Source: Octopus sinensis (lineage: Eukaryota). Taken from it: 64,000 nt of DNA. The translations under genes and the position numbers were made by a program. The stretch is from NCBI RefSeq assembly GCF_006345805.1, contig NW_021833588.1, forward strand, positions 12,463 through 76,462, given 5' to 3'. The first letter of the stretch is position 1. Each line of letters opens with the position of its first letter. Under the pieces are notes generated by a model that did not search any database, was not told the DNA's origin, and worked only from the letters and a program-made list of their open reading frames with translations. Below are positions 23,459-36,405 of the stretch, piece by piece.

Positions 23459-25126
23459 ATGTCTGGAAACCGAATTTCAAACTATAAAAATATGGGCAAA
23501 ACAGGAGATGTATATTTTAATAAAATCTATAAAGATACTACGTCGGAGAAGAGCCGAAGCTTCTGTAGAACTTAGAAAAATCAAAAAATTAGAATTATTG
23601 GCTAAACGAAGAAACATTCAAGAAACTAAAAGTGATTGCGACATAGATGAAGTTAACTAATAAATGTAATATTTTGTAGATTCAATTTATCGGAAATTTA
23701 CCCCAACTTTCCACAAATGTTCCTCGTCTGGAATTAGTAACAAAAATCCGTCAAAAATTGGTTGACGACGAAACAGCCACAGTATCTGAAATAATCAAAT
23801 CAGAAACAATTCCATTTCTTATTGAATGTTTGACTTGTTTCGAATCGTTGTTTTATGATTTTAAACTTAGTGATTATAAAATACAACTTGAAGCGTCTTG
23901 GGCACTGACGAATATAACTTCAGGGGATCATGAATCGACTAAAGCAGTCGTGGACTGTGGTGTTGTCCCTGTGATTGTTGAACGCATCTCTAAAGTTGAA
24001 AATGTGGATGTCCTTGCACAATATGTGTGGATTCTTTCAAATATAATGGGTTTTTAACATACAATTTATTATTTATTAAGGTGACGGGGACATTGTCAGA
24101 GATTATTGCATTCACTGTGGAGTAGCTGAAGCATTGATTTTTTTAATTGGGAAATTTGACTCAGTTTTTTTTATTTTTGTCAAATTTAAAGATTTTGTTG
24201 TCGGAGATGATTTCCTGGACTATTTCCAACATTTATCGATCTTCCATATCGCCTTTGAATGAAAAAACGGCAAAACAACTTTTCCCATATGCCGAGAAAT
24301 TTTTTTACAACAAAAATCCAGAAATTCGTTCAAATGCTTCCTGGGCACTAACCTTTGCCTCCAATTCATTTGAAAATAAACTCGGGATGTTTACTCCTGG
24401 TATTTAACAATGAATAATACAAAGAATTGATGCAAAGTTTGTTGTCAGTAATGGAAAGTGGAGTAAATTGTGACAATTTTTACTCTGCTCTAAGAACTAT
24501 TGGAAATATTGTTATGGGATCAGATTCTGACACTCAAATGGTGATCGACGAAGGAGGACTGTCTGTTTTTATGAATTTACTTCCCGAAGTTGACAAATCA
24601 TTGAAAGCGGAGGTTGTTTGGATCTTATCGAATGTCGCCGCTGGAAATGTTAGTCAGAAATGGCGACTTCTTCAAAAAAATTGTCATTTATCGATGATTG
24701 ATTTTCTTTATGATGTTGGTTTATATTTCTGGACAAATTTTAGAAAAATGTCAAAATTCAACGAGAAGCTTTGTGGTTTGTTCAAAATTTTTTAAAAGGT
24801 GCGTTGGATCTCAGGTTGTCAGATTTTTATCAGTGGAAATTGTAACTGCAATTTTTGAATTGTTAAAAAAACCTGAATCTGTGCCAGAGATTGTTTTAAT
24901 ATCTCTTAATTCAATCTTTTCGATTTTTAAAGTTATTGGAATTTGTATAAATGTTTAGGCAGCAGAGGAAAATGCAGTGGATATTGACGAATTTATAGAA
25001 TTAATTGAGACGAGTGGGACTTTGGATTTTATCGAGAATTTGCAGATGTCTAAGAATAATGAAATATATCGTGCGTCCATCAAATTTCTTACTAGTTTTT
25101 TTAATCAAGATAATTCATTGAATTAA
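23459..25126 (+). CDS. KPNA: Importin subunit alpha (karyopherin alpha), multi-exon with short introns
   Basis: IBB domain (RRRRAEASVELRK...KRRNI) and ARM repeats (QLEASWALTNITSG, ALRTIGNIVMG, WILSNVAAG). Confidence 0.92.
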
Positions 25127-25164
25127 AATAAATATTCAATTCTTGTATTGTGTTGTTAAATCCG

Positions 25165-25345
25165 CTACTGTGTTGTACCGCTGGAGCCGCTGGAGAGGAC
25201 ACTCATTTGTTTTCTAACAAGATCAGATTGTCAAATGGAGGCATGTTTAAGGATCCGAGAGTGAATTACTAGTTCCGGCAGCGTATTGGGACTGTCCATT
25301 GTTCGCGGCAACGCACACTGCGTCCTTGCTACTGGCAAATAATTT
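25165..25345 (+). mobile_element. CRE-clade 3' stub
   Basis: KDPRVNY*FRQR...LSIVRGNAHCVLATGK*. Confidence 0.6.
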
Positions 25346-25436
25346 ACTCCCTTTCTATTGTAATTGTTTTTTTTAAAAGAGTAAAAATTATTTTATTAAT
25401 ATCTTACTGAAATTCAACAAAATTAAATCGAAAAAC

Positions 25437-25509
25437 CACCCGATACGGGGCTCGAACCCGTGACCCTGGGATTAAGAGTCCCATGCTCTACCGACTGAGC
25501 TAACCGGGC
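25437..25509 (-). tRNA. tRNA-Lys(CTT)
   Basis: GCCCGGTTAGCTCAGTCGGTAGAGCATGGGACTCTTAATCCCAGGGTCACGGGTTCGAGCCCCGTATCGGGTG forms a canonical cloverleaf. Confidence 0.95.
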
Positions 25510-25574
25510 ACGCTAATAATATAGACCCTAAACTCTAATTGTCTTATTCTGATTTATTTATCTTATTAGTTATT

Positions 25575-26661
25575 ATTATTATTATTTGCAACATACGTAG
25601 AATCATATTAGTTATAATTTTACTCGTGCAGCATTAAAAACAATCCTTTGAACCAGCCTCCTCCAACCTCCTCTGTCGTGAGCGAGTTTCCTCAGCTCGT
25701 CCAGATCCTCACCACTCCTTAGCCTTTTCTTCACACATTTCAGGTCTCCGTCAAGTGTTTCCGGCAGCGTAACACGTGGACGTCCACGGAAGCTCGATCC
25801 CTCTTTCAGGAAGTAGCCCTCCATTGCTATGTTAGCTGGGGCAAGCATGTCCATTCGTAGAATATGGCCAAATAACCTCCACCGCATATTGACGATTTCC
25901 ACACTCAGAGGGCCAGTTCTGCATCTATTGTATAGCGATTCCTGGTTGATTCTTATAGGCCAGTTCAATCCCAGTAGGGATCTAAGTTGCCTGCGGTGAA
26001 AAGAATCGAGTCCACGTTGTTGAATAGACCTGTCTAGGGCCTTTGACACGGTACGCCGTGGTCTACTCCTCAAAATACTGGAACAATTCCTGGACCCTGA
26101 CTCTGTCAATATGATAAGAGTACTACTATCGAACACAAAGCTCAAGGTGCGGGTCGGCACGGCGTTTTCCCGTGAATTCACGTGCAACGTCGGTACCCCT
26201 CAGGGAGACGCCCTCTCGCCGTTGCTATTCGTGATCTATCTGGAGACGGCACTACGAGACCTTCGAAAATTCTATGCTGGCAATATCGTCGAAATTGTAT
26301 ATGCAGATGACGTCGACTTCGTGTCAGACGACAAATCGGCCTTACTTCGACTCCTTGAAGTGGCACCTGCTGAGCTGAACAGATGGTTCCTTAAAATGAA
26401 CGTTGGAAAAACCGACATCGTTGAAATCATGAGGATGGAGAGCAGCTCAAGTGAAGCCTGGCGCAAAACGAACAAACTTGGTTCTCTACTTGGGGACGGC
26501 CATGATATTGTCAGAAGAAAGGCTCTCGCTTGGGCCACGATGAACAAGATAAAGAAAGAGTGGATCGGCAAACGACGACTCTGTACGTCACTTCGTCTGA
26601 GGATGTATGAAGCCTTTGTCAAACCAATCCTGACATATAATTCGGCGACCTGGGGAATGTC
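25575..26661 (-). mobile_element. 5'-truncated, 5'-inverted RTE-like LINE insertion
   Basis: RT segment on + (DLSRAFD, QGDALSP, YADD, 26024-26661) and C-terminus plus (TAA)n tail on - (25575-26029). TSD TATTAGTTATT at 25564-25574 and 26662-26672. Confidence 0.88.
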
Positions 26662-27440
26662 TATTAGTTATTTAAGAAAATAATATTTAGTCTTTTTAAC
26701 GTCAGAATTTTTTTCGAATTCATTAATTTTTTATTTATTTGTTGCGAGGTAAGCAAAAAACTGTTGACCGTTCCACCAAGTAGTAAGATAAAATGTTTTA
26801 TTGTTATTACAACCATGGAGACAATAAAGGAATAAATCAGAGTCAATATTTAAATGAAAATTTAATTTAACAAGCAGGATATTTTCAATAACAAGAATAA
26901 AATAACTCTGATCAAAATTGTTACTACTTCCCAGGAGAAAGTTAAACACGTTGAAGTTAAATAATTTTACTAGCATGAGTTATAAGTGAACTTTAGCTTT
27001 TTACGACTGTCAGGAAAAATTATCTCGTTGGTGAATTTGGATTCAGTTTTCTCAAAATGGTACAACATTATATAAGGTAAGCTATCTATTGAATAATCAA
27101 ATAAAAACTATATTTAATTAGTTATCCTGAAAAAGACTTTTGAAAGCGTGTTAATTGAACACAATCATAGGATGAGAGTATTTTATAAAAAGTATTCCTC
27201 AGCTTTCAAACTACTTATGGAACGGGACATATCTTTGAATTTTAACACATTTGTGTTGACTGTTCTGATGTGGGGATGATGAATAAGGAGAAGTTGGCTG
27301 CAAGATCTTGACATTAAAAAAGAAATATCATCAACGATTTTAGCTAAAATTCTTTATTAGATATTTTGATTAATAAGGTAAGAATATATCTTGTATTAAA
27401 AATGTAAAATGAGTAAAAAGAGCTTTATTTTAATTAAAAT

Positions 27441-28837
27441 CTAGTAAATAAACGGAATTATTTTATATGGGACTGCATCACAATACAAATTCCAAAATTT
27501 TTCATATTTGAGTCTGCACTTCTTCTCATCCCGGAAACTGCGATGTAAGAGCAAAACAAATAGAAAAATAAAATAAGAATATGGAAGTAAACTCCCAAAT
27601 CCACACGGCAGTGTCCAACAAAGTGCAGAACACAACTCGGCAAAATAATTAAAATGCCGACTCAAACTCCACCACCCACTGGCCAACAAAAGCGAGTGAC
27701 GAACTTGATTGTCGGTTGTGGTATAAGCCGCTTTTATAAACTTTGGTTTTTTTCTCCAAATAAAACAATTTCCATTTGTTTCTCTTACTTTTTTCTTTTG
27801 CCAATCAATATCATAATTAACAAAAATAGCACCAACTCCAAAAACTAAGAGACAGATTGAACAAAACCAGCCGAGATATACAGGTCTGGATACAAGATAC
27901 ATTCCACTCTAACTATTACGTAAAACAATACTAACCAGAGTGTACAGCGTAGGGACAAATACTAGACAACCCCAACATATATAAAACCCTGCTCGATCAA
28001 CTGCGATATCAATAGTCCTCATGTATCCAATCTCCCACCAAAAAAACTTGCTGATATAACACAACTGAAGAAATGAATTCACAAACATGGAATCAACAAA
28101 TCCATGTAACTCCCAACTCTTGATTGCAAAAATAAACACAAGTAGTCCCCAAACCATCATACCAAAACGACAGTTTGTGAATACCTAACCAACTTAACCA
28201 ATAAAAGAAATAAACTTTAATATCAATCCCCCATATCTTCGGATAAAGCTCAGTCCCCCAATAATAGTCAAATATCCAATTTCCAGATGGTCCACAGTCT
28301 TTATTGGTCGGGAAGTAAATTCCCTTGTAGAGAAGAATTAGGCAGAAGATCAAAGCAATGAAGTTGAGACTGAAATAAATTTGTTGAAGGTTGTCATAAA
28401 TTATTGTTACAGACAGTCCATTGGACTTTAAAAAATATTGTAGTCCAAAAAATGAGCAAATAGTAACAATATATTGCTTGAATCCATTATCCTTAAAGTA
28501 AGGTAAAAATCCACTTTCTGATGTATTTCCTGGTTCAAGTTTTCCTAAAATATAAATTTTCTCACATCGAACCGGGCAATATTCTCATTAAAACAAGACT
28601 GAACAGAATGTACCCAAAAATAATACAAAATGAGATTAATGTAAATGGCGGTCTTTGCCAAATTAACCACATCCAATCAATTCCATATTGTTTTATTAGA
28701 TCTGAAAATGTTCCATTTGTTTCAAAATTAATAAAACTAGAATATATGTCACCTAAATACCAGAGAGTTAAAGCAAATATGGGCGATGTAACAATAAGTA
28801 TACAAGGAACTGTTGATCTCCACAACCAATCACGCAT
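27441..28837 (-). CDS. DHCR7: 7-dehydrocholesterol reductase (ERG4/ERG24 family), multi-exon
   Basis: DYYWGTELYP, VFTNCRFGMM, DIAVDRAGFYICWGCLVFVP, LLASGWWSLSRHFNYFAE, RDEKKCRLKY..W..YC..VPYKIIP. Confidence 0.9.
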
Positions 28838-29052
28838 TAAATTAGTTTAACAAAGTGTCAAAAATGCGGAAGCTTACGAGTTATAAAATGTTAACGTGAT
28901 AATCGATTAACGTCGGATTATTACGTAAAATTTAAATCAGTTATCAGAAATAGAAATAAAAATTTTTAAATGAAGGTGTTTTGATATCTTTCCTGATGGT
29001 ATTACTCAGAGGATGAGTTTACGTTGAATTAAATCTGTTTAATAAGTTAGGT

Positions 29053-29713
29053 CAGCGGTTCTCAACCGTGGTCCCCAGAAAATTTTTAGTGGTCCCCAGG
29101 AATTTTCGAAAAATAAAAATATATTAAAGTTAAAACTAATTGTACAATTAAGTATAAATCAAAAACATTGAAATTAATCAAGCGGTTCTCAATCGTGGTC
29201 CCCAGAAAATTTTTAGTGGTCCCCAGGAATTTTCGAAAAATAACAATATATTAAATTTAAAACTAATTGTACAATTAAGTATAAATCAAAAACATTGAAA
29301 TTTTGAGTCCATTTTGAGTAAAACTGCATTGGAAGCAATACTTGCATTTCCCACTACTTATCACTGTGAAATGGCGATGTCGTGTCTGACTTTTCTAAAA
29401 ACAAAATATAGAAATAGACTACGGGTACAAGATGATATGCGAGTAGCTTTGTCGAACATAGAGCCTGATATAAGTAAAATGATTTTGAGCAAACAAGATC
29501 AGAAATCTCACTAAATTACTATTAAATTTCCTGTTATTTTCATAATGTTCATGTTATTTTTATAATAAATATTCGAACATGTCTAAACCTGGCCCTGACG
29601 AGGCCAAAAATTGTGCGCTAATACCAAAAAATGTTTATTTTATTTAAGGTGGTCCCCACAAAATTTTATAGTGCAAAAGTGGTCCCTAGTCTAAAAAAGG
29701 TTGAGAACCGCTG
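29053..29713 (+). mobile_element. Non-autonomous hAT (Buster) element with 8-bp TSD AGTTAGGT
   Basis: CAGCGGTTCTCAACC...GGTTGAGAACCGCTG, TSD at 29045-29052 and 29714-29721. The 5' ~130 bp is tandemly duplicated. Contains a transposase C-terminus (FPTTYHCE...KTKYRNRL). Confidence 0.92.
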
Positions 29714-30059
29714 AGTTAGGTTAATTGGATGTGATAAATCGATTAAACCACAAACCAGTCATTTTTGAGATATTATGTGTAATAATATTTTTATGTGAAA
29801 AACGATTTTGCAAAAAGGAAATCAGGATTCGCCAGTGGCTGCATTGCAGGTTACAAACGCGTTACCTCCCAATTTCATGATTTAATATTTTTTATGTGAT
29901 ATTTTAAATTATCAGACACAAAATATCCTCAAAATAGTTCAGCTGTAAGCAACGCTTGTCAGATTTTTTAAAACAATTAAATCGAATAAATATGTTACTA
30001 ATAATTAGGAACTTACTTAAAATAATTAATTTTTTTTTAATTCGCTTGACCAACTTATT

Positions 30060-30315
30060 AAGAAAGATGGAAAGGGTTTCTTAGCCCTCCAACAAGACCA
30101 CCTGCCAAAAGACTACAACAATCAGAAACACATCACCCTAATCCAATTCCTCAAAAAAACTGCTCCCCGCCCGTCCCGCACTTGCGTTGGGTCCAGAGTC
30201 CAACATCGGGAAAAGCTGAGAAAGATTTTGAGGATTGTTGGAATCACCTAATTAATTACCCTAATTAACTGTTGGTGATTCTTGGGTTAAATAATAATAA
30301 TAATAATAATTTTTT
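30060..30315 (+). mobile_element. LINE 3' stub, 'GIT' family
   Basis: Reads HREKLRKILRIVGIT, matches 1105-1240 and ends in (TAA)n. Confidence 0.7.
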
Positions 30316-30866
30316 AATTAACATCAAGGATAAACGGAGTTTTTTTATAAGGAACAATTTTTTTTAATTCAAGCAATTTCCTGATGTAATATCTTATAAA
30401 TTATTCAGATTAAAATTGACTTTCTCAGACCCAAACGTTATGAAAATTCAAAATGTTCTGATCTAGGATGCTTGTACAAATCCAAAATAAAAGTAAGATA
30501 TTAAGGCGTTCATAAAGTCAATTAAAATAAAATACTTTGAAAAGTATGATAGTTGAAAGCAGTCATGGATTAAAAATAAAAGTTTAAAACAAAAACGATA
30601 CGATTTTTAAAGGTTAATTGGTTAATGTTTGATTATATAATTTTCTTTTAGATATCTAAAATTAAAACTATGAGTTATAGGTTTATATTGTGTCATTTAA
30701 TAAAGAAAAGTTAAATGACTATAAATGTTAAAATTATCCCTCATTTTTTGATAAATTACATTTTTTAGTGTTGTAAATGAGATTTAAAAATATTTAATAT
30801 TATTTTTTTATAAGTAAAATTTTGTAATAAAAAAAATTTCTACGAGTTTCTAAACGTGCTGTTGTA

Positions 30867-31519
30867 ATGGAACAAGCGCTTGCTGAATTACAAACACTAA
30901 GACAAATATCAAAAACCTCATATGTCCAGGAATATTTGGATGCCGGAATTCTGAGTGTAACAAGGATCCTGGACGCTTCCAATTCTCGCCAAGAAACAAA
31001 TTCACAAAATATCGTTACATCGACTGTTCCCATAGACAAATACGGTGTCTATTAAAATACCAGTTATTCTTAGCTGGGATCAAAATAATACTCATGTTAA
31101 GATATATATTAATCCCGAATTCGAATATAACTTGGAACAGTCTTCTATTACTCATCCAAATAAAAATTCCGTGAAAATAACGATTCCCGACCGGACTGGA
31201 AGGACCCACGTTTTAAATCTATGCCTTTTTGCTGGAGTCGTTGATGGTTCTTCTACAATCCAAGTATTTGTTGAAATAATCTTCAAAGTCAAAATCGCGT
31301 GGTTTGGTTGTCATCTTTAAGAAGGAAAAGGCTGAAAATTGGGCAGATATTTTGGAGAAGAAAGAAAAGGATTCAGCAGTGCCTAAAATGGACGACAATG
31401 CTGACCCACAAGCTAATTTAATGAATATGATGCAAAAGATGTATGAGGAGGGGGACGACGAAATGAAGAGGACTATGAATAAGGCTTGGTATGAGGCCAG
31501 AAATAAGCAAGGAGTCTAA
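30867..31519 (+). CDS. CACYBP: Calcyclin-binding protein (CS and SGS domains)
   Basis: WDQNNTHVKIYI and DPQANLMNMMQKMYEEGDDEMKRTMNKAW. Two short introns, about 31045-31063 and 31264-31288. Confidence 0.85.
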
Positions 31520-34240
31520 AATGATTTTTTTCCTCGTTTTTGATTCGTTTTTAATGATTTTGGCTTAAATTTGGTTGGTTTATATTATATAGGCAATTTA
31601 ACGTAATTAAATATTTAATTATTGAGATTCTGGAGTCAATGAGTCTGGTCACTCGATCTTATTTTTCCTTGATTCATAAAATATCACAAAAAATGAAATA
31701 GGGCATTCGCTTTTTATTTCCACATTCGTTAAATGTACTTAAGTGTCCTGATAGGAGAAAAATTCATTTTCTATAAACGTATTGCTATTCTTAGTCGGTA
31801 GAGAGATCTTCATTTGGGAGAAGATTTATTTAGGGAAACTTTGTACCAAAGAATAATAAACTCTATTGACCTAAAAATTTATTTTAATGATACTCTTACC
31901 ATTAGTAAATACTCCTTTGACGCGTCTCCCATTTCCACGGTCGAGCCCAACAGGTACAGTTACAAAAGAAATTTTGTCCTTGGTTTCCCCTCATCAAATC
32001 CATAAAAATCACCAAAAATAAAGTATTAAAATAAGGACTTTCATTTTTATGCCGCCATTGTATGAAAGCATTTTAATATTTCCATTTTGTAACTTCATCT
32101 AAACGGGATTTAATTATTATTTGGCCGATGGGAAAAAATATGAGAAGTACGTCGGAGTCTGGAATAACACAGTTTTTGTCTCATTAGTAGTCGAAAGTTA
32201 AGAATAAAGGGACATTCTACTCGGAAGGTGTTCAGGCGGATTGGATCACTTATAATAAATCAGTGTTTAGCCTAACGAGTCTTTAACTATCTGTCAATAA
32301 CTATTTTCTTTTTTGGTGAAATTTATTTAAATACAGTTTTTAAAAATCAATATTTCAAGATATATTAAACTTGAGAAAAATCCAAATTATTCAATTAATT
32401 ATAGTGAAACCAATATAAGACAGTTTTTGCCAGTATCTTCGTTTTTGAATTATCAAAGACCAAAATATCTACGAAATGAACAAAACAGTCACATTTTGAA
32501 ATTACTGGGGTTTATTCTAGTTTTGTGTCACATTTATTCAAATTTAAACACTTATTGCGTCGAATGATACTTGACAGATAATTTTACGCCATTATTTCTG
32601 ATATAAATATCGACACAAGCTAATTTTAATTTTGATCAAATCAGGAATTTTTACATATAATAACTGTGATCCCCCAATCTGCCTAAAAATTAAAACAGCA
32701 AAACCAACAAAAGAAAATGAGTTTACCACATCTTAATCAGATACAAAGCAGCTACCCCCATAATATTTCAGTTGTTGATCATGATCAATTAATTCTTTCT
32801 TTCCAGGACAAAGGAAAGTGGAAAATAATCACTCTGTTAATTATAGAAATTTTAGTAGTCGCCCTATTTTCGAAAACGGTTTATAATTTTGATATTGTAG
32901 GAAAAACAAAAGGAATTACAAGATTCTATTAAATGAAATAAAACCGTTAATTAGAATGATCTTAAAAATGCGTTTTGGATAGCATAATGTGAATACAATA
33001 ATGAAAACCTGCAGCATTGTAGCCGCTAAAAGAGGTATTGAAGTACCTTGACATGTACTCCAAATAAAATAAGTCCTTTGAGGTCGTAGATAACTGTAAT
33101 TTGGAGAATATCCAGGCCAGTCTGAACAAATCTTGATCCATTTTAGCCAGGATTGAGTTTAGCAGTTTAATTTTATATTTGATAGAATGTGCAATTGTAA
33201 TTACATGGACAATTCCCCTCTAGTCAGTCATTACTGTTTGTTCGTACTACACCGGTCAAAAGTTTTAGTCATGTCGAGAAAAATATTCCCCGACATATTT
33301 AACGTACACATCTGAAAATGAATAATCAGGCATGTCTTTTTTTTGTAATGCTTTAAGAATATTCTTTTGCGATCATAAAAATATTAAATAATATGAAACA
33401 ACCTTTTTAATCCAAATAAGAAAATTCTTTATTTTCAGATAGAAAATATTATGTGACCAGAAAGAGGCAGAACAAAAAAAAATTGTTGTTATTTGTAATA
33501 AACAAAATTTTTTGTTAATTTAATTTGCGTTAGAAAATCATAATTCGTTTTTTTCAAGACAACTTGTCTTTACTGACTGATCAGACAGCATAACAAAGAG
33601 GATTACACACATCAGCTGTTTTTCAAGTTGATTAAAGGTATTCTTGGACTATCTCTTCTTGTTAAAGTATTTCCAGATTGGAAGAGCTCTAGTCATCAAT
33701 CTAGTAAACTGGAGTCTAATGTATCACCTTGTTTATAAATCACAGAAAATAACAAATTTCAGTTTTGGAAGTGTCAATAAAGTGCTTTTGACCGTGAAAG
33801 TTATTTCCTCACGTAAGCCAATGAAATGAGTTCAATACATCAGCATAAAATTCATTTAGGTTTTGAAAGATCAGAGTGATAATTATTCCTACAAATATTG
33901 GTCATTCAACTCTATAATTTCGGTACTTAGACAATGTCTTGATATTTGAGTGGCTTTTCAATATCGATTCACCTGGAAAAAATGTGAAACTTCTACTGCA
34001 AGCACCATTCGTTATTTCCAAGTAATGATTTAGTCTCAAAGAATTTTTCACTAAAAAAAGAAAGGGGCAGTAGACCTTTTCTAACATTCTCAAAATGAAG
34101 ATATATCCTTTGTATATACGTAAAATGACAAAAAAATCTATATTAATATTACAATATTTGGATTACGATAACACAAATTTAACGATAATGACAAAAAATC
34201 TCCCTAGCAAATTAACGATAACACAAACATTTTAATAAAG

Positions 34241-34312
34241 GCCTTGTTAGCTCAGTCGGTAGAGCATCGGCTTTTAACCCGACGGTCGTGGGTTCGAGTC
34301 CCGCACAAAGCT
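34241..34312 (+). tRNA. tRNA-Lys(TTT), aberrant (possible pseudogene or base-call error)
   Basis: A and B boxes are intact. The anticodon arm TCGG-CTTTTAAC-CCGA is 1 nt short, and there is a C:A mismatch in the acceptor stem. Confidence 0.7.
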
Positions 34313-34689
34313 TATTTTATTTATTTCAGAATAACTACCAAATTATGTTCAAATATTCACGAAATATACTGTTAATATTTCGTCGCTCCATAAAAATTTA
34401 TGTTTCATACATCATTTGTATTGATCAATTGATTAGATCAATTTTTCATATTTTTTGATACCATGGCCCCACTCAAAATGAGTAGCCATGTCTAAGTAAT
34501 GCTGGTTATACTGTTACTTCTGTCAGACAAAAGTACTTTTTAAGAAATTAGAAGGATGATTTAAAAACCTACACTGGAAAATAGAATAAAGAGAAGCTAT
34601 GCTATTCCAGCTAATCTAAGTGGGATCCCAAAAAGAGTTTTAATCTCAAATGATATAAGAGTTATTTGGACTAATTGACAATTCAATTC

Positions 34690-35100
34690 GTATTTAAATT
34701 TGTCGCTCGCTGCCGTTAACACTGTTTGCAGATTAATAAAGGAGAAGGAAACCTGTTGTTTGTATTAACACCGGAGCGATAAAACCGTGGATGATCTTAA
34801 ATACCTCGAATAGTTTGTGGATGCAACTGTTTCATTCAAGATGTAATAAGGAAGAGAAAGAACAAGGCTACCCAAATGTTGAAAGCGCTGATGCGATTCC
34901 AGCTGAAACCGGAAACGTTCTTATACGTATACTCTGCGTTGTATAGAACCCTTCCTGATCCATATGGATCTCAAGATTGTTCGGAAGCTGCGAAGGAAAG
35001 AAACATATTGATCTTTTGGAGAAAACGCGGAGATATGCCATTAAACTGGCACATGGTTGGACTTAAATCCAAACTAACCCCGGAGCGGGGAGGAGATTCG
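34690..35100 (+). mobile_element. LINE RT C-terminal fragment (frameshifted), in duplicated block
   Basis: Copy of 49772-50215 (KATQMLKALMRFQLKPETFLYVYS). Confidence 0.75.
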
Positions 35101-36405
35101 GTACTAAAGATCCATGTTGATAACAATGCTGGTGTCAAACAAGACAATCTAACAAATAATGAAGCTACTGACCAATTAGTGTTGCATGTCGTTTTTGATT
35201 ATGCTTATGGCGGAAAGTATATGGTGTGTCCCATAGAATTGACCCCAATCAGCAAACAACTTGTTTCTTCCGTCTCCTGGTTTCGTTTGGCCTTCTCTTC
35301 TCTCCCCCTTTTAATCTAGTGACGAGTTTGTTACATAAAATAAACTTCAATAGTCAATAGCCGTTAACTACCGGTGTTACGGCACTTGATACAAAATCGA
35401 TTTTGCGCGATCGTTCTCACCCTGTAGATCGTTCACAACCGGTGACAATTATTCTTACTAATATTAGTCATCCAACATTAATTTTTGGTACTTCTAATCT
35501 TGTCAAATGTATAAAAAGAGCTTCTGGTTGTTTCTCACCGACCAAGTTTTCATTTACAAAATGTTTCTTTTCCGTATAATTGTAGCTTACTCTGACAGAC
35601 TTTTGGCTTAGTTAGATAAGTCGTTCTTAAAGCCAATGAGGGCGAGTTCTCGTAAACTGGGCAAACTTTTGGGCGGCTTGCCCGATTTTTCGTCCATTTG
35701 TGACAATGTAGATCTTTTGGGTGTATTTTATTCGACTGTGAGATTATTTATTATAAAATATTGCACTTACTTAAATAAAATCTTTCATGGACCACTTTGA
35801 TAATTTTTTTTATTTTATGACTTATAAATGATACGTGGATGCATTATGCAGTTTCTTCCCATTTCCTACTTTGCAATAATTAAGGATTGATGCGGTCCAA
35901 AAAGTTACAAACCCATCAAGTTTAATCGGTCTGTGGGAACTCGAAAGTTGCATTATGATAGATATCCCAATACGCACGTCATTGTTTCCAGGACAACAAA
36001 ACCAATATTGTGTCACGATAAGGTCCCGGTTAATTTATTTAAGGGGGTATCCACTTTAATGAATACCTTCAAGTTTTACACTAATTTAAATTAATCTTTT
36101 CTTTTTTTCATATTTCTTTCGTTTTAATTTATTCAAGATAGCTTTATTATTAGAGTTTATAATTCTAATAAAAATTCATTTTAATTAGAAACTCTTTAGC
36201 AATGCGATTTATGCTAAAATGGTGGAACCAGCAATACTGGTGTTATAGTTCCAAATTTATAGCATGTTCTATTTAATAATAACTGGTACGGCTTTTGACT
36301 AATAAAACACTGCTAAAATTGAAATTTTCTGATTATAAATTGAAGACAATAATAAAATTAATCAAAAAACCGAATTATTAGTATGTTTAAGTATATTAAT
36401 GGAAT

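Noticed and set aside
31800-34130. Possible multi-exon genes on the minus strand
   Set aside because: Short open frames and intron-like segments are present, but I could not build a consistent spliced ORF or recognise a family.
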